From: the human T2T-CHM13v2.0 reference genome, Homo sapiens
Reading direction: 5' to 3' (one strand)
NCBI RefSeq assembly: GCF_009914755.1
Contig: NC_060937.1
DNA: 64,000 nucleotides
The translations under genes were made by a program, and so were the position numbers. The notes below the pieces were generated by a model. It was given only the letters and a program-made list of their open reading frames with translations. It was not told the DNA's origin and ran no database searches. Numbering within the stretch: the first letter of the stretch is position 1; each line of letters begins with the position of its first letter. Below, in pieces: positions 30,270-44,511 of the stretch.

Positions 30270-33200
30270 AAATTTATTCATTTATTCTTTCTTATGCTAT
30301 ATATAGTTTTAAGAAATTATTCCAACAACACGGCTGGAAAATGGCACATGGACAAAGCAAAGCTCTTCCTTGAGATGCTTCACAATGTGTTAAGGGAAGT
30401 TATATACAGGGGAAAAATTCTTCTAATTATAATCTGTTTTTCACAGCAGAACTATTATGCAAATCAAAGATCAGAAGAGATTTTAATTGTGCTACTTGTT
30501 TACATGGCTGCTGATAGAGCCAGCTTTTTGGTCTAAGACTATATAATTTCCACATGGTGATACAGAGTTAGGAATAAACTACCCAGGTAAGATCAGAAAA
30601 GTTTTATCAAAATATGGTATTAGACTTTGAGTTTTGTGGAAAAATAAGCAAGTAGGAAAGACCCAATAGGCTGGGAGGGAAAGCCAAATATTTAAAAGAG
30701 AGAGGAAAATTGGTAATCATAGTATTATAGAGGAAGGAAAATATGACATCAAATTTGAGGAGTTTTGGCTTAAAAAGAAAAGCAAAGTAAAATGAAGAGA
30801 GAAACAGGGAACATTACTGTCTCTAAAATTGAAAGAAAACAGAAGAGCTATGTATAGAGATGATTAGGTGATTTGGTTGTAACACACAGGAATTACAGAC
30901 CCTCATCTGTTATTTCCCATCTGTAAAGGAATAAGTGAAATAATATGCCAAGAGTGGGGGTGTTTGAGATAGATGTATAGCTTGATATTGCTCTCTATAC
31001 TTCACTATATCTGCTAATGGTAATAAAAGGAGATGAGCAAGACAGAAATAGTTCTCTGAGCCATATTGATACCTCCATTGAGATTGGAATTTAATGTACA
31101 TTTATTGAAACTCCACTGCTCAGATGGTTCTTTTATTTCACTTGGAGACTGCTTTGCTGAAAAGGAGAAATGTACTCAATGGGAATTTTAGAAAGGGTAC
31201 ATGTGGAACTTGACATATTGAAGGAGTTGAGAGAAAAAAATATGAGAAATTCAAGTGAAAAATGATGGTGGGAAGGCCCAGAAATTTATAAATATCTGAG
31301 CATGGGTTGGTGGTGAATTGAGGTGGTGTATTAGCCAAGAAAAAGATGAAAGTGGGTATTAAGAGATTTAAGGACTAGATAAAGTAGCAGATCAGGATTA
31401 TTGGGAATGAAAGCATGAGACAAATAGGGAGATAAGTAGTTGTGGTCAGAATTCAAGTCTATAGATGTTTGCAAAGAAAACACTAATCTGAGGTATTAAC
31501 AAATTAGAGCAGACATAAAAATCATTGGAGCCTCGAAGTGCAAGGGACTAAAAGACTGAGTTATGTTGAGTTTATATTTAGATAACTTCAGACTTATTCA
31601 ACACATTTTTTTGTTAAAATGTAATAGAAACAATTTTGAGAACTAGGAGGCAATACTGAGAAAAAATTGACACAACATTTTTAAGCACGGGCCTTAGTGA
31701 TAAACTCAGCCACAAAACAAGTAAAATGTTAATGTAATTTTAGTTAGTAAATCTATCAGGGCAAGGACAGTACAGCAGCCATGAGAATTTCCTCAATATC
31801 CAGGGAAAGCATATCTGCAAAGTAAGCAATTGGGAAGAGAACTTAATGAAGTTAAAAATAATAAAACATATGACTATTTGGAGCAAGAACGTTCATGATC
31901 ATGGCTGTAGCAAGTACAAAGCCCAGGGATAGGCATGTTTGGTGTCTTAAAAGAACAGACCAAAAACAGATGAAAACATGGAAAGCTGATCCAGCATTAT
32001 GGGTTGATAAGAATAACAATAACTTGGACTCAGCCCATGATATTAATAATTTTGTCTGACTCCCACACTAACCACAGTAATAAAAAGGAGGTATGTGATC
32101 TCAAAGATACATGACAGTGCAATTGGACACAGCTCCTTGGTACCATATGCATTCTTCACTGGCATATGTCCAAAATTCTATGTCTTCAGTGATCCAAGTC
32201 TGTGGAAGAATCCACCAGGTCAGAAGGACCCATAACATTGGCTTTATTGCTTTTTACACACACTTAGAGTAAGCAAGTAGAAGGAAGAACAAGGGGATCG
32301 GGCACAACAGCACAAGTTGTCTAGCCCTAAATTTCATATTCTAGAATCTCCATTTCTCGCTACATCATATTTTTTTAACAGAGTTAGTTTTCCATTTCAT
32401 TTTATCTTTCATCATTGGACCTACTCACAATTTCAGTACAGAAAACACAGCTATTATATTAAATTTTCTAGGACATAGTAAGAGTTTTATTGTAAATATT
32501 AAGAAAAAACCATTGAAGTGTTGAGAAAAGAGGAGAATATAATTTGTCATATAAATGAATGGGGTAGAGGAAAGAAAGAAGGCTATAGGAAAACTGATTA
32601 GTAAGGTATAATAAAAGCCAATGTATTAGAAGCAGATGCTGGCCTGAGTAATTGCAATAGAATAAGTGAGATGGGATAAGATTTGTATAGTATTGTCTAT
32701 TTTAAAATGTTTTAAATCAGTGATCCCTCAAACTTTTTGGCACCAGTGTGGGGAGGGATGATTTGGGGCTAAAACTGTTCCACCTAGATCATCAGGCATT
32801 AATTAGATTCTTATAAGAAGCATGCAATTGAGATCTCTTACACGTGTGGTTTACATTAGGGGTTATGCTCCTTTGAGAATCTAATGCCACTACTAATGTG
32901 ACAGGAGGCAGAGCTCAAGTAGTAATGATCGCTTGCCCTCTCCTCACCTCCAGCTGTGCTGCCTGGTTCCTAACAGGCCACAGACGAGTACTGGTTCACG
33001 GCCTGGGAGTTGGGTACCTCTGTTTTAAATAATAAATTATACATCATATGCTCATGGATAATATATGTGGAGTGTGTGAAAGAGGAGTCAAAGGTGACTC
33101 AAGGATTTCTTGTTTGACCCGTTGTGAGTAGTAGTATCATTTGTTAAGATGAAAAACATTGAAAGCAAAATCACATTTTTATGGCAGGGGTAGTACGGGG

Positions 33201-34293
33201 TTTTGTTTTGGTCATGCTAAGCTTGAGATGCATATTAGACATCTAAGTGAAGATATCAGAATATTTGGGTCTTGAGCTCAGAGGGGATGTCAGGGCTGTA
33301 GATGCAAATTTATTAGTTATCATCATATGTGGAGACTGGCTGAGATCACTTAGCAAATGAGCAAATGTAGAAAAAGAAGAAATCCCTGAACAGAGCCAAG
33401 ACACTTGAGAATAAAGAAATTAAGATCAACTGTTCAGAGGCCACAATGCAATTGAATAATTGTTGGGGTAGATGTGCTATAGAGATTTTACAAGAAAGAG
33501 GAAAGATTAAAGAAAAGGTGAAATTATTTACATTTTTATGTTGAAAAAGGTACAGCTGTTGTTAATCCAAGCTCTGGGCTGTGTGCATGGTAGAAAGTAA
33601 TTGAGATAAGGAGGATACAGGCATTGAAAATAACAAGTTAGATTGTTGGATGAATCCTCTATATGGACCTGAGATAAACATAAAAGGATGGCAAGAGTAG
33701 TAGGAGAGATATAAAAAAAAGAGAATAAATAAACCATATAATAAAATGAGTAAGAATGAGTGATTAGAGGAATGGTAGATTATGGTAATATAGAAGCTAG
33801 TGATTTATAGGCTATTAGGTATTCAAAAAAGCTCAGTTATTTTTGTTACTGTTTTTGTTTTAATATTTTAACTAGGATAGAAGAACAATAGTCTTGAAGT
33901 TGTATAATGTATAAGTAGAAAACCTATCTTACCCTCATATCCTGTGCCACCAGGTTTCAGGGAGAAAAATTATGTGATAGGACTGCACAAGAATTCCTAT
34001 CTCAAGAGCACTCAGAAAATAAATTCAGAATACAGGAAATTTTGTTACCGAGTAACTTCTAGAGACACAATGGATCATGAATGCTATGTACCGAACCATA
34101 TAGGGGTAACAATCTTGGTGACAAAGGGATGACATGGAGTCCTTATATTCTTCATGTTGCCTTAGATACCAAAAACTAGAACATAATGAAATTAGTATTA
34201 TTGGCCTCACAGGGAAAAAAGATAATGCCAATGATAGCCTGATCTTATAACAGTGAGGCAGGAATCATATGTGTATGGGCCAGATGAGATAGT
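30270..34293 (-). mobile_element. Long patchwork of L2 fragments, interrupted by MER1B
   Basis: 'atttattcatttattc' start, 'gaggagtcaaaggtgactcaaggatttc', 'ttttgttttggtcatgctaagcttgagatgcatattagacatctaagtgaagat'; G/A-rich bias. Confidence 0.65.
32718..33022 (+). mobile_element. MER1B (hAT-Charlie MITE)
   Basis: Ends cagtgatccctcaaac...gttgggtacctctg; perfect 8-bp TSD ttttaaat at 32710-32717 and 33023-33030. Confidence 0.92.
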
Positions 34294-34311
34294 AAGGATA
34301 AGTGGGGAGGA

Positions 34312-34323
34312 GCCAAGATGGCC
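34312..34323 (+). promoter_or_regulatory. YY1 site of the L1 internal sense promoter
   Basis: Intact gccaagatggcc at the L1 5' end. Confidence 0.85.
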
Positions 34324-34449
34324 GAATAGGAACAGCTCCGGTCTACAGCTCCCAGCGTGAGCGACGCAGAAGACGGGTGATTTCTGCATTTCCATCTGAG
34401 GTACCGGGTTCATCTCACTAGGGAGTGCCAGACAGTGGGCGCACGCAGG

Positions 34450-34758
34450 TCAGTGGGTGCGTGCACTGTGCGCGAGCTGAAGCAGGGCGAGGCATTGCCT
34501 CACTCGGGAAGCACAAGGGGTCAGGGAGTTCCCTTTCCGAGTCAAAGAAAGGGGTGACGGACGGCACCTGGAAAATCGGGTCACTCCCACCCGAATACTG
34601 CGCTTTTCCGACGGGCTTAAAAAACGGTGCATCACGAGATTATATCCCGCACCTGGCTCCAAGGGTCCTACGCCCACGGAGTCTCGCTGATTGCTAGCAC
34701 AGCAGTCTGAGATCAAACTGCAAGGCGGCAGCGAGGCTGGGGGAGGGGCGCCCGCCAT
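34450..34758 (-). CDS. ORF0: L1 antisense ORF0 homolog, extended to 102 aa
   Basis: MAGAPPPASLPPCSLISDCCASNQRDSVGVGP... matches the primate L1 ORF0 N-terminus; ATG at 34758, open to the stop at 34450; expression unknown. Confidence 0.6.
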   Translation of the reverse strand: MAGAPPPASLPPCSLISDCCASNQRDSVGVGPLEPGAGYNLVMHRFLSPSEKRSIRVGVTRFSRCRPSPLSLTRKGNSLTPCASRVRQCLALLQLAHSARTH

Positions 34759-35220
34759 TGCCCAGGCTTGCCTAGGTAAACAAAGCAGCCGGGCAGCTTG
34801 AACTGGGCGGAGCCCACCACAGCTCAAGGAGGCCTGCCTGCCTCTGTAGGCTCCACCTCTGGGGGCAGGGCACAGACAAACAAAAAGACAGCAGTAACCT
34901 CTGCAGACTTAAATGTCCCTGTCTGACAGCTTTGAAGAGAGCAGTGGTTCTCCCAGCACGCAGCTGGAGATCTGAGAACGGGCAGACTGCCTCCTCAAGT
35001 GGGTCCCTGACCCCTGACCCCCGAGCAGCCTAACTGGGAGGCACCCCCCAGCAGGGGCACACTGACACCTCACAGGGCAGGGTATTCCAACAGACCTGCA
35101 GCTGAGGGTCCTCTCTGTTAGAAGGAAAACTAACAAACAGAAAGGACATCCACACCAAAAACCCATCTGTACATCACCATCATCAAGGATAAGTGGTCTA
35201 CCCAATAACAAGCAATAATA

Positions 35221-35511
35221 TGCCAGATACAGTGGCTCATGCCTGTAATCCCAGCACTTTGGGAGGCCAAGAGGGGCAGATCACTTGAGGTCAGGAGTTC
35301 GAGACCAAACTGACCAACATGGTGAAACCCCATCTCTACTAAAAATACAAAATTTAGCCAGGTTTGGTGGCATGTGCCTGTAATCCTAGCTACTGGGGAG
35401 GCTGAGGCACCGGAATGGTTTGAAACCAGGAGGCGGAGGTTGCAGTGAGCCCAGGTGGCGCCACTGCACTCCATGCTGAGAGACAGAGCCAGATTCCGTC
35501 TGAAAAAAAAA
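35221..35511 (+). mobile_element. AluSx/Sz
   Basis: Full dimer; TSD acaag(c/t)aataata at 35208-35220 and 35513-35525. Confidence 0.94.
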
Positions 35512-38030
35512 GACAAGTAATAATATAGGTTTCCCCTCACCAAATACATTGGTTTTAAGTATTCGCATTGTGGAATAATTAATCTGTCCAGCTAAAGCAA
35601 AGATTCTTATACCCTTTATATAGTCCATTGTGAATATTGTTGAGTCCATGGGAAGAGTGCTTCTAAGTAAGGATGAGGAGCTCTGTGAGGCCCCCTTCTA
35701 TCTTGCCTTAGGCAGTGTTGAGCTAGGCAGACATTGAGTATTGGAGACCCTTCTTCAATGCTACCATGGATAGTGTTAAGAACAAAGGAAGCGTCGAGAA
35801 GGATGATGTCAATAATTGAGGTGGAGGTAAATATAATCCAACTCATAAAGGACATAAGTGTCTGACCAGAGATAAATTGTAACAATAAAAAGGGCAATAA
35901 GACAACGGTAATTTCATTAGTTGGAATTAACAACAAAATCACAAAGTTTTACTCATGAGGCTAAAACACAAAAAGCGTTTTTTGAGAGACCATGGTGACA
36001 GAAGAACACGGCATTACTTCATTTTCCCCTAAGGGAAGTGGAAGACAAGCAGTCCCCATATAAAGTATATAACAAAGGAGAGCCATCACTTGTTAATGTG
36101 AAAAGAGTAGAGAGCAATCTCTGAAGAGGGTAAATTAACAAGAAAATAATTGAAGTAGAAATTTCAGAGGTTTTTGGTCAACAGGATTGAGAAAGAGCTC
36201 ATAATGTTGGATTAATGTATTGGAAAACATTTACAAAATATAGAAGTAAGGTTACAGATTAAAATAATACATCATAAAATAAAATTATGTCCTTAAATTT
36301 AATGATTAAACCTTCCAACTTAATATTATTGTTCCAAAAATGCATTCTTAATTAGGTCATTGAATATCCTCATAATTGGTGCCTTTGTTCCTGAAATTAA
36401 TGCCTTTAAAGCATTATTAATTGAAAGAGCTAATATGTAGTACTCATTATGGGAAGTTCTATTTCAGCAAAATCTGGAAACAGGTTAGCATATGGGCTTC
36501 TCTCTGTGCGTGTATATATATATTATTTATATATATGCTATACATAATTTAGAGACGTGTGTATGTTAATACTATTAACTAGTGATTTATCTGATATTTA
36601 TTGAAGTATATACGTTATGTGCACATAGAAGGCTGAATAAAGCTAAGATTTCCTCAAGAAGTTCAATATAGAAATTAAGGATTTACAAATAGATAAATAC
36701 ACAACTTATATTAAACCACTTGAGACAGCTATGTACAAAGTGTTTAAAAACATGGCTCAATAGATAGGCAGGTGCAAAAATGTGTATATATTACAAATAT
36801 GTGTATGTACATAGAACTTCATTTGTAGTCTTATTTTGACAATGAATGGTGTTTATTTTTTGTTTAATCAACATGTATTTATGGCCACATTTAACAACCC
36901 TCCCTCTCCTCTTAATAAATATTTGTAGTGTTGGCTACATCTCCATCTGTTCTTCTTTCCAGTAAAGTTATCTCATTTTTCATTTGCATGCTTTGCGTGG
37001 GCATTAGTCCATGTCTCCATATTATAGATGTGGACTTTAGACCCAGAGTATAGAGTAATCACCAGTCTCAGTAGCTGATTCATGGATGTTTACATAAACA
37101 AATGCAGTCTTCAATATGACGAATCTGCCAGACCTTTTGAAGAGGACGTTTTATTTTCATGAAGTTACTGGCCTCTAGAGCCGATGTGACTCTTAGGCTA
37201 GTATGACTGTAGCTTCTAACAGCTTTATTTCTCTATACATAATGCTCTTTTCCTTGAATCTGTTACTGTTGATTATTCACCTGGAAAATTCCTACTGATA
37301 CTCCAAGACCATCACTCTCTTTGTTCTTAAAAGAGTTAGCTAATTAAGGAATTCTTTCTAAGAATTCCTTAGGCGTAGCCATTTTATTTCATGGTCGATA
37401 CTTCTATTGGCTTGGGCTTTGCCTCCATTATAATATAAATAAGAAATAATTATCTTATTGACACACTTTTATTATAATATTGATTTTATAAATGAAATAT
37501 TGAAATAAGGGATGAGTTGTGATCCGGATGACATTCTGATTAAATGGTTTGAAGACCACACTGTCTTGCCTTTGGTTAGATGCATATCACTAAGAATACA
37601 AAGAGAGAATATTAAAATAAAACATTATGCTTACTACATTAAATATTTCTATGAACCAAATATGAAATATAAGCAGCATAGTGAGCATAGTGGACATGAA
37701 CAGTCTACTGGTTCTTAGTTTTATAAAAGGCAGAGACAGACTGGAAAGTATGCTTTTTGCTTTCCAAATAAAATGATGAACTGGCATCAAGCTTTCTGTC
37801 GAGGTGAGACTGCCCATTTGTGATAAAAAGTTTTGAAATAGGTTGCTGTTCATATTTGCCTGGGCTATAGTTTATTGGCAGCTGTATGCCTACGGAGAGG
37901 AAAGGAGCACACAGTACCTCCTGAGGACAGTTTGAGTCAAGTTTCCATTAGGCATATGGATGATGGACATATCTGAAATGTCCCCAGTGTTTGGGGGTCA
38001 GGCTCCCCCAGCAACCAATACATAACTTGA

Positions 38031-38336
<306 letters not shown>

Positions 38337-38359
38337 CATAACTTGATTCTGGATTACAG

Positions 38360-40400
<2,041 letters not shown>

Positions 40401-41216
40401 AGCTAATTTTGTATACATATATTTAATGTAATAACAAATACAATATCTCAATTAATTTATGTAAGAAATATTTATTGAGGGTCTATTTGTTCTCTAAAAC
40501 TATTTTATTTTTCAGGCATTTGGAGATAAAATATACAAGTCAACAAAAAGTATTTTCTTACAGGTTCTGTTTCCAAACAAATTGGATAGGGAAATAGACA
40601 ATCAGCAAAATAATTAAGTAAATATATTGTAGGTTAGATCACAATGAATGCTACGTAAAGATACTGAAATAGAAAATAGATATAGAGAGGACCATGGATG
40701 GGAGAATAGAATTTAGATTAAATGGTCAGAAAAGTCTGCACGAGAAGGTGACAAAAAATAATGATGTGAAGAATGACATGATGCCATGAAGCTGTCCCCC
40801 TTTATTTTTACCATTCCAGCTTTATGTTCCATAAAATTCCACAATCCATTTTACGCTTGTGTCACAGTCACTTTTTTAGAATATGCTAATTTCTTTTTCA
40901 CTTTAGTACTCCTACCTAAAATGCCTTTCTTTAAAATTTGATAATATTATATTATCAGCTACATATAATTTTACATTTTGCCATGTGATTTTTTTATTAG
41001 AATTTAGGAAATATAGCTAATTATTTTAAGTGCTGTTAAAATCCTACCTATGTTTAAGACTCAATTAAAAGCCACTTCTATTCTGAATCCTTCATGTGTT
41101 CCTCTCAGAAGGAATTAATTCTGTGGGGCTTATATTATTGCTAATTATTTATCTGCTGGTTTTCCACATTAGATTGGAAACTGTATCCCTTAGTTATCTT
41201 CATGTCTAACAGAGTA

Positions 41217-41388
41217 CAGTCAGTCCTCTACATCCTCAGGTTTTGCATCTGTGGATTCAAGTACAATCAAAATCTGCAGATGAAGAATCCACAGAGATGG
41301 AAGGCCACTGGGGAACTTGAGCATTTCTGGATTTTAGTATTTGTGGGGGTCCTAAAACAAATCCCCTGAGGATACTGAGGGAAACCTG
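41217..41388 (-). mobile_element. MER2-family TcMar-Tigger MITE (short)
   Basis: 'cagtcagtcctctacatcctcaggttttgcatctgtggattcaa' and 'acttgagcatttctggattttagtatttgtgggggtcctaaaacaaatcccctgaggatactgaggg'. Confidence 0.8.
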
Positions 41389-41419
41389 CATATTAAAGGC
41401 TCCTATTACTAGTAAAGTT

Positions 41420-41750
41420 CTGCCCTTGATAGGACAGAAAAAACAGGGAGAGGTAGCAATTACTAAAATCCTAAGAAGACAGCTATATGGAGAGGGTCCT
41501 TGGATGTTGCTAAGTGATGTTAAACACATGCAGCAAATCTACAGAGACCTGGCTTTGTGAGGCAGCAGGGGCAATAAATACATGACTTCCCTCAATTTCC
41601 CTCCTATTTCTCCCTGGTGCTTTTGACATATTTTAGGACAATCAAAAGCAGTAGGAAAGAGTCTTGATGCAGTCCATTGGAATCAGTTTCCCTGGGTGCA
41701 AAGTAAGGTTGACAAACATCAAGAATAGATCTAGAAAGAGAAATACATAC
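41420..41750. mobile_element. LTR33-like ERVL LTR fragment
   Basis: 'tgatgcagtccattggaatcagtttccctggg...gaatagatctagaaagagaaa' resembles the LTR33 terminus. Confidence 0.55.
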
Positions 41751-41753
41751 GCA

Positions 41754-41825
41754 ACACACACACACATACACACACACACACACACATGCACACAGATATA
41801 TATATATATAATATATATATATATT
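41754..41825. repeat. (CA)n(TA)n microsatellite
   Basis: Direct reading. Confidence 0.95.
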
Positions 41826-42015
41826 TGAGTACTTTATATAAAACCATGAAAGTACTCAAAATTCATGAGCTCAAATAATATTCTTGGAGTATTGTTTGGA
41901 TGTTTAGAGGAAAATACTATGTAAGGCCATGCAATTTGATTATAGATCCCCTGTCAACATTATGGATTTTAGTGAGAGGTGTAATTTTTCATTATCATAC
42001 ATTTCATATCTCATA

Positions 42016-42355
42016 CAATAATCCTCCCTTATCTGCAGGGGATACATTCCAAGGCCCCCAGTGAATGCCTAAAACCAGAGTAGATAGTATCAATCTCTAT
42101 ATATACTGTATCTTTTCCTGTAAATACATACTTTTTATAAAGTTTAATGTATAAGTTAAGTACATAAGAGATTAGCAATCATAAATAATAGTAAAATAGA
42201 ACAATCATAACAATATACTGTAATAAAAGTTACATGAGTGTAGTCTCCCTACTTCTCTCTTTCTCTCTCAAAATACTGCAACATTTTTGGACAACAGTAG
42301 ACCGCAGGTAAATGAAACCTGGGAAAGCCAAACTATGGATAGAAGGGGGCTGCTG
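42016..42355. mobile_element. MER44A (Tigger7-derived MITE)
   Basis: TIR-like caataatcctcccttatc / gatagaagggggctgctg with TA on both sides; about 340 bp. Confidence 0.88.
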
Positions 42356-42453
42356 TAATTGAAAGGTTCTTCTCAACAATTTTACTAAAGTCTGGTGATA
42401 ATACTTTTGCTCAAAGTTTACTGTTAAAGGATAACAATTAAAAATAAAATGTA

Positions 42454-42751
42454 GGCCAGGTGCAGTGGCTCATGCCTGTAATCCCAGCACTTTGGGAGGC
42501 CAAGGAGGGCAGATTACAAGGTCAGGAGATCGAGACCACCTTGGCCAACATGGTGAAACCGCGTCTCTACTAAAAATACAAAAAAATTAGCTGGGTGTGG
42601 TGTTGTGCACCTGTAATCCCAGCTACTTGGGAGGCTGAGGCAGGAGAATTGCTTGAACTCAGTAGGTGGAGATTTCAGTGAGCCAAGACCATGCCATTGC
42701 ACTCCAGTGTGGGCAACAGAGCAAGACTCTGTCTCCAAAAAAAAAAAAAAT
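42454..42751 (+). mobile_element. AluSc
   Basis: 'agattacaaggtcaggagatcgagaccaccttggccaacatgg'; A tail; TSD-like aaatgta. Confidence 0.94.
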
Positions 42752-43209
42752 AATCTAAATGTACATATCCAGAGTCACCCATAAAATTACTGTTTCAGTG
42801 TTATTAGCATTCTTTTCAGACTAGAGGTGAATCAAAAACAATCTACCTCAAATTATAATAAGATCTAGATTTCAGATTTCTTCATATTCTTCAAAATATG
42901 GCAATATTCCCTCTTATTTTCTCTTGCAATCATTAGTCAATCCTTTAAAATAATATTTGTAATTTATAAATATTGTTTATACCAGTTATGCTATATTTCA
43001 GAGATGGATTTTTAAAACAGATCCCTCAGATATTTAAAAACAAACCTCAAGATGCTTTTGACAATAGTAGCAGTGATATCTATAATTTGTTGAGCATTTA
43101 TAAGCCAAACTAAGGGCTAAATGTTATTATTCACAATTTACAGACGTAGGTACAGAGATGTAGCCAGATTCATTAATTTGTCCAAAGTGGCAATGCTAAT
43201 GAGTGCCTA

Positions 43210-43411
43210 GAGAGGTATGATGAGTAGTGACTAAGTGTACAGGGTCCAGATGGACTAGGTTTGTATCCTGGTGTTGACACTTGCAAGATGTATTTACTTG
43301 TACAAGTTATTTGACTTCTCTGTGTTTCAGTTTTCTCATTTGTAATATGGTGATAGTAAAGACTCTTCGAAATTTATGAGGATTAAATTGTACAAATGTG
43401 TAAAATTTGAG
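43210..43411 (+). mobile_element. MIR (5' part; 3' end displaced to 46621-46665)
   Basis: 'caagttatttgacttctctgtgtttcagttttctcatttgtaatatgg...gaggattaaat' core. Confidence 0.8.
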
Positions 43412-43920
43412 TATGGCAGATTGAATTTTCCAGAACTGGACATAGCAATATTTTTGGTCCTATAGACTCATGCAGAACTTTGACACTCCACAATCTAGAG
43501 GAAGAGTCCACTTTCCCATTACTTGAAATTGAGCGGATCTTTGTGACTTTTTCAGCAAACAAAATGCAGCAGAAGTGATGCTGCATGGCTTCTCAAACTC
43601 AATTATAAATGGCGATAAAGCTTCCATCTGTTTCCTTTAGGATACTCAAACTTGAAACCAACCTACCTTATCGTGAGGAAGCCTGGTTCAAATGGAGAGG
43701 CCAATGTAGGTGTACAACAGACAGTCCCAGCTGAAAGGCCCAGCTTGCACACAACATCACTGCCAGACGAATGAGAAGGGCCTTATGATGATTCCAGCAT
43801 CAGACATTTGACTTGGCCCAGCTTTTGCTGAACTGCATCTTGTAAGTAAGATAAGTGCTTTTGTTGTTAAGCAGAAATGTCTTGGGATGATTTATAAGAC
43901 AATAAGAGATCAGTGGAATA
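43412..43920 (+). mobile_element. MLT1 (G/H-type) 5' LTR
   Basis: Starts tatggcagattgaattttcc; contains 'gcagaagtgatgctgcatggcttc'; homologous to 46094-46620. Confidence 0.85.
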
Positions 43921-43926
43921 GCTTTT

Positions 43927-44231
43927 TAAAATTTTTTATTTTTTCTATTTTTTGAGCAGAGTCTCACTCTATCGTTCAGACTGGTATGCAGTGACATGAC
44001 CATGGCTCACTGCAGCCTTTACCTCCCAGGCACAAGCAATACTACCACTTCAGCCTCCCATGTAGCTACGACCACAGTCATATGCCACCATGCCCATTTT
44101 TTATAATTTTTTTGTAGAGATGAAGGCTCATTATGTTGCCCAGGCTGGTCTTAAACCCCTGGGCTCAGGCAATCCTCTCACCTTAGCCTCCCAAAGTGCT
44201 GGGTTTACATGTGTGAGCCATGTCACCCAGC
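43927..44231 (-). mobile_element. AluJ
   Basis: 'catggctcactgcagcc', 'cctgggctcaggcaatcctc'; TSD tggaa(t/c)agctttt at 43914-43926 and 44232-44244. Confidence 0.93.
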
Positions 44232-44476
44232 TGGAACAGCTTTTGATGACTGAATTCAAGGTGCTGGAGCAACAAACAATAAAAAATAATACGTGGGAGT
44301 GGCTTTTGGACACAGTGATGGGAAAACATTGGGCAAATCTTAAGAAAACTGCTAATAAGAGGCCAGAGAGGCCAGAGAGGCCATAAAGAATTCTTAGATT
44401 ATGCCAATAGTCCTCAAGAAATCTACTAATGAGGAAGTAAAGAAAAATGAGGAAAATGTTATTGGAATCTGACTGA

Positions 44477-44511
44477 ATCGCTTCTCAGCCTTTTGGCTAA
44501 GATCAAGTGTA
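44477..44511 (+). pseudogene. RNU2: 3'-truncated U2 snRNA retropseudogene (nt 1-35)
   Basis: atcgcttctcagccttttggctaagatcaagtgta equals U2 nt 1-35 with one G>A change; flanked by direct repeat ggaatctgactga(a) at 44464-44477 and 44512-44525. Confidence 0.95.

Larger units (their letters stand above)
34304..35186 (+). mobile_element. Isolated L1PA2/late-L1PA3 5'UTR (3'-truncated, tailless L1)
   Basis: Begins ggggaggagccaagatggccgaataggaacagctccgg and ends ...catcaccatcatcaa just before the ORF1 ATG; TSD aaggataagtgg at 34294-34305 and 35185-35196; lacks the 129-bp segment of older L1PA3/4. Confidence 0.96.

Noticed and set aside
34304-34830. CpG island suggesting a host gene promoter
   Set aside because: Fully explained by the L1 5'UTR.
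37770-37925. Possible C/D-box snoRNA (atgatga ... ctga)
   Set aside because: No terminal stem, the spacing is long, and there is no recognisable guide; both motifs are common by chance.
44358-44383. Short tandem repeat gaggccagag x2.5
   Set aside because: A simple slippage duplication inside MLT1-int with no spacers, so not CRISPR-like.
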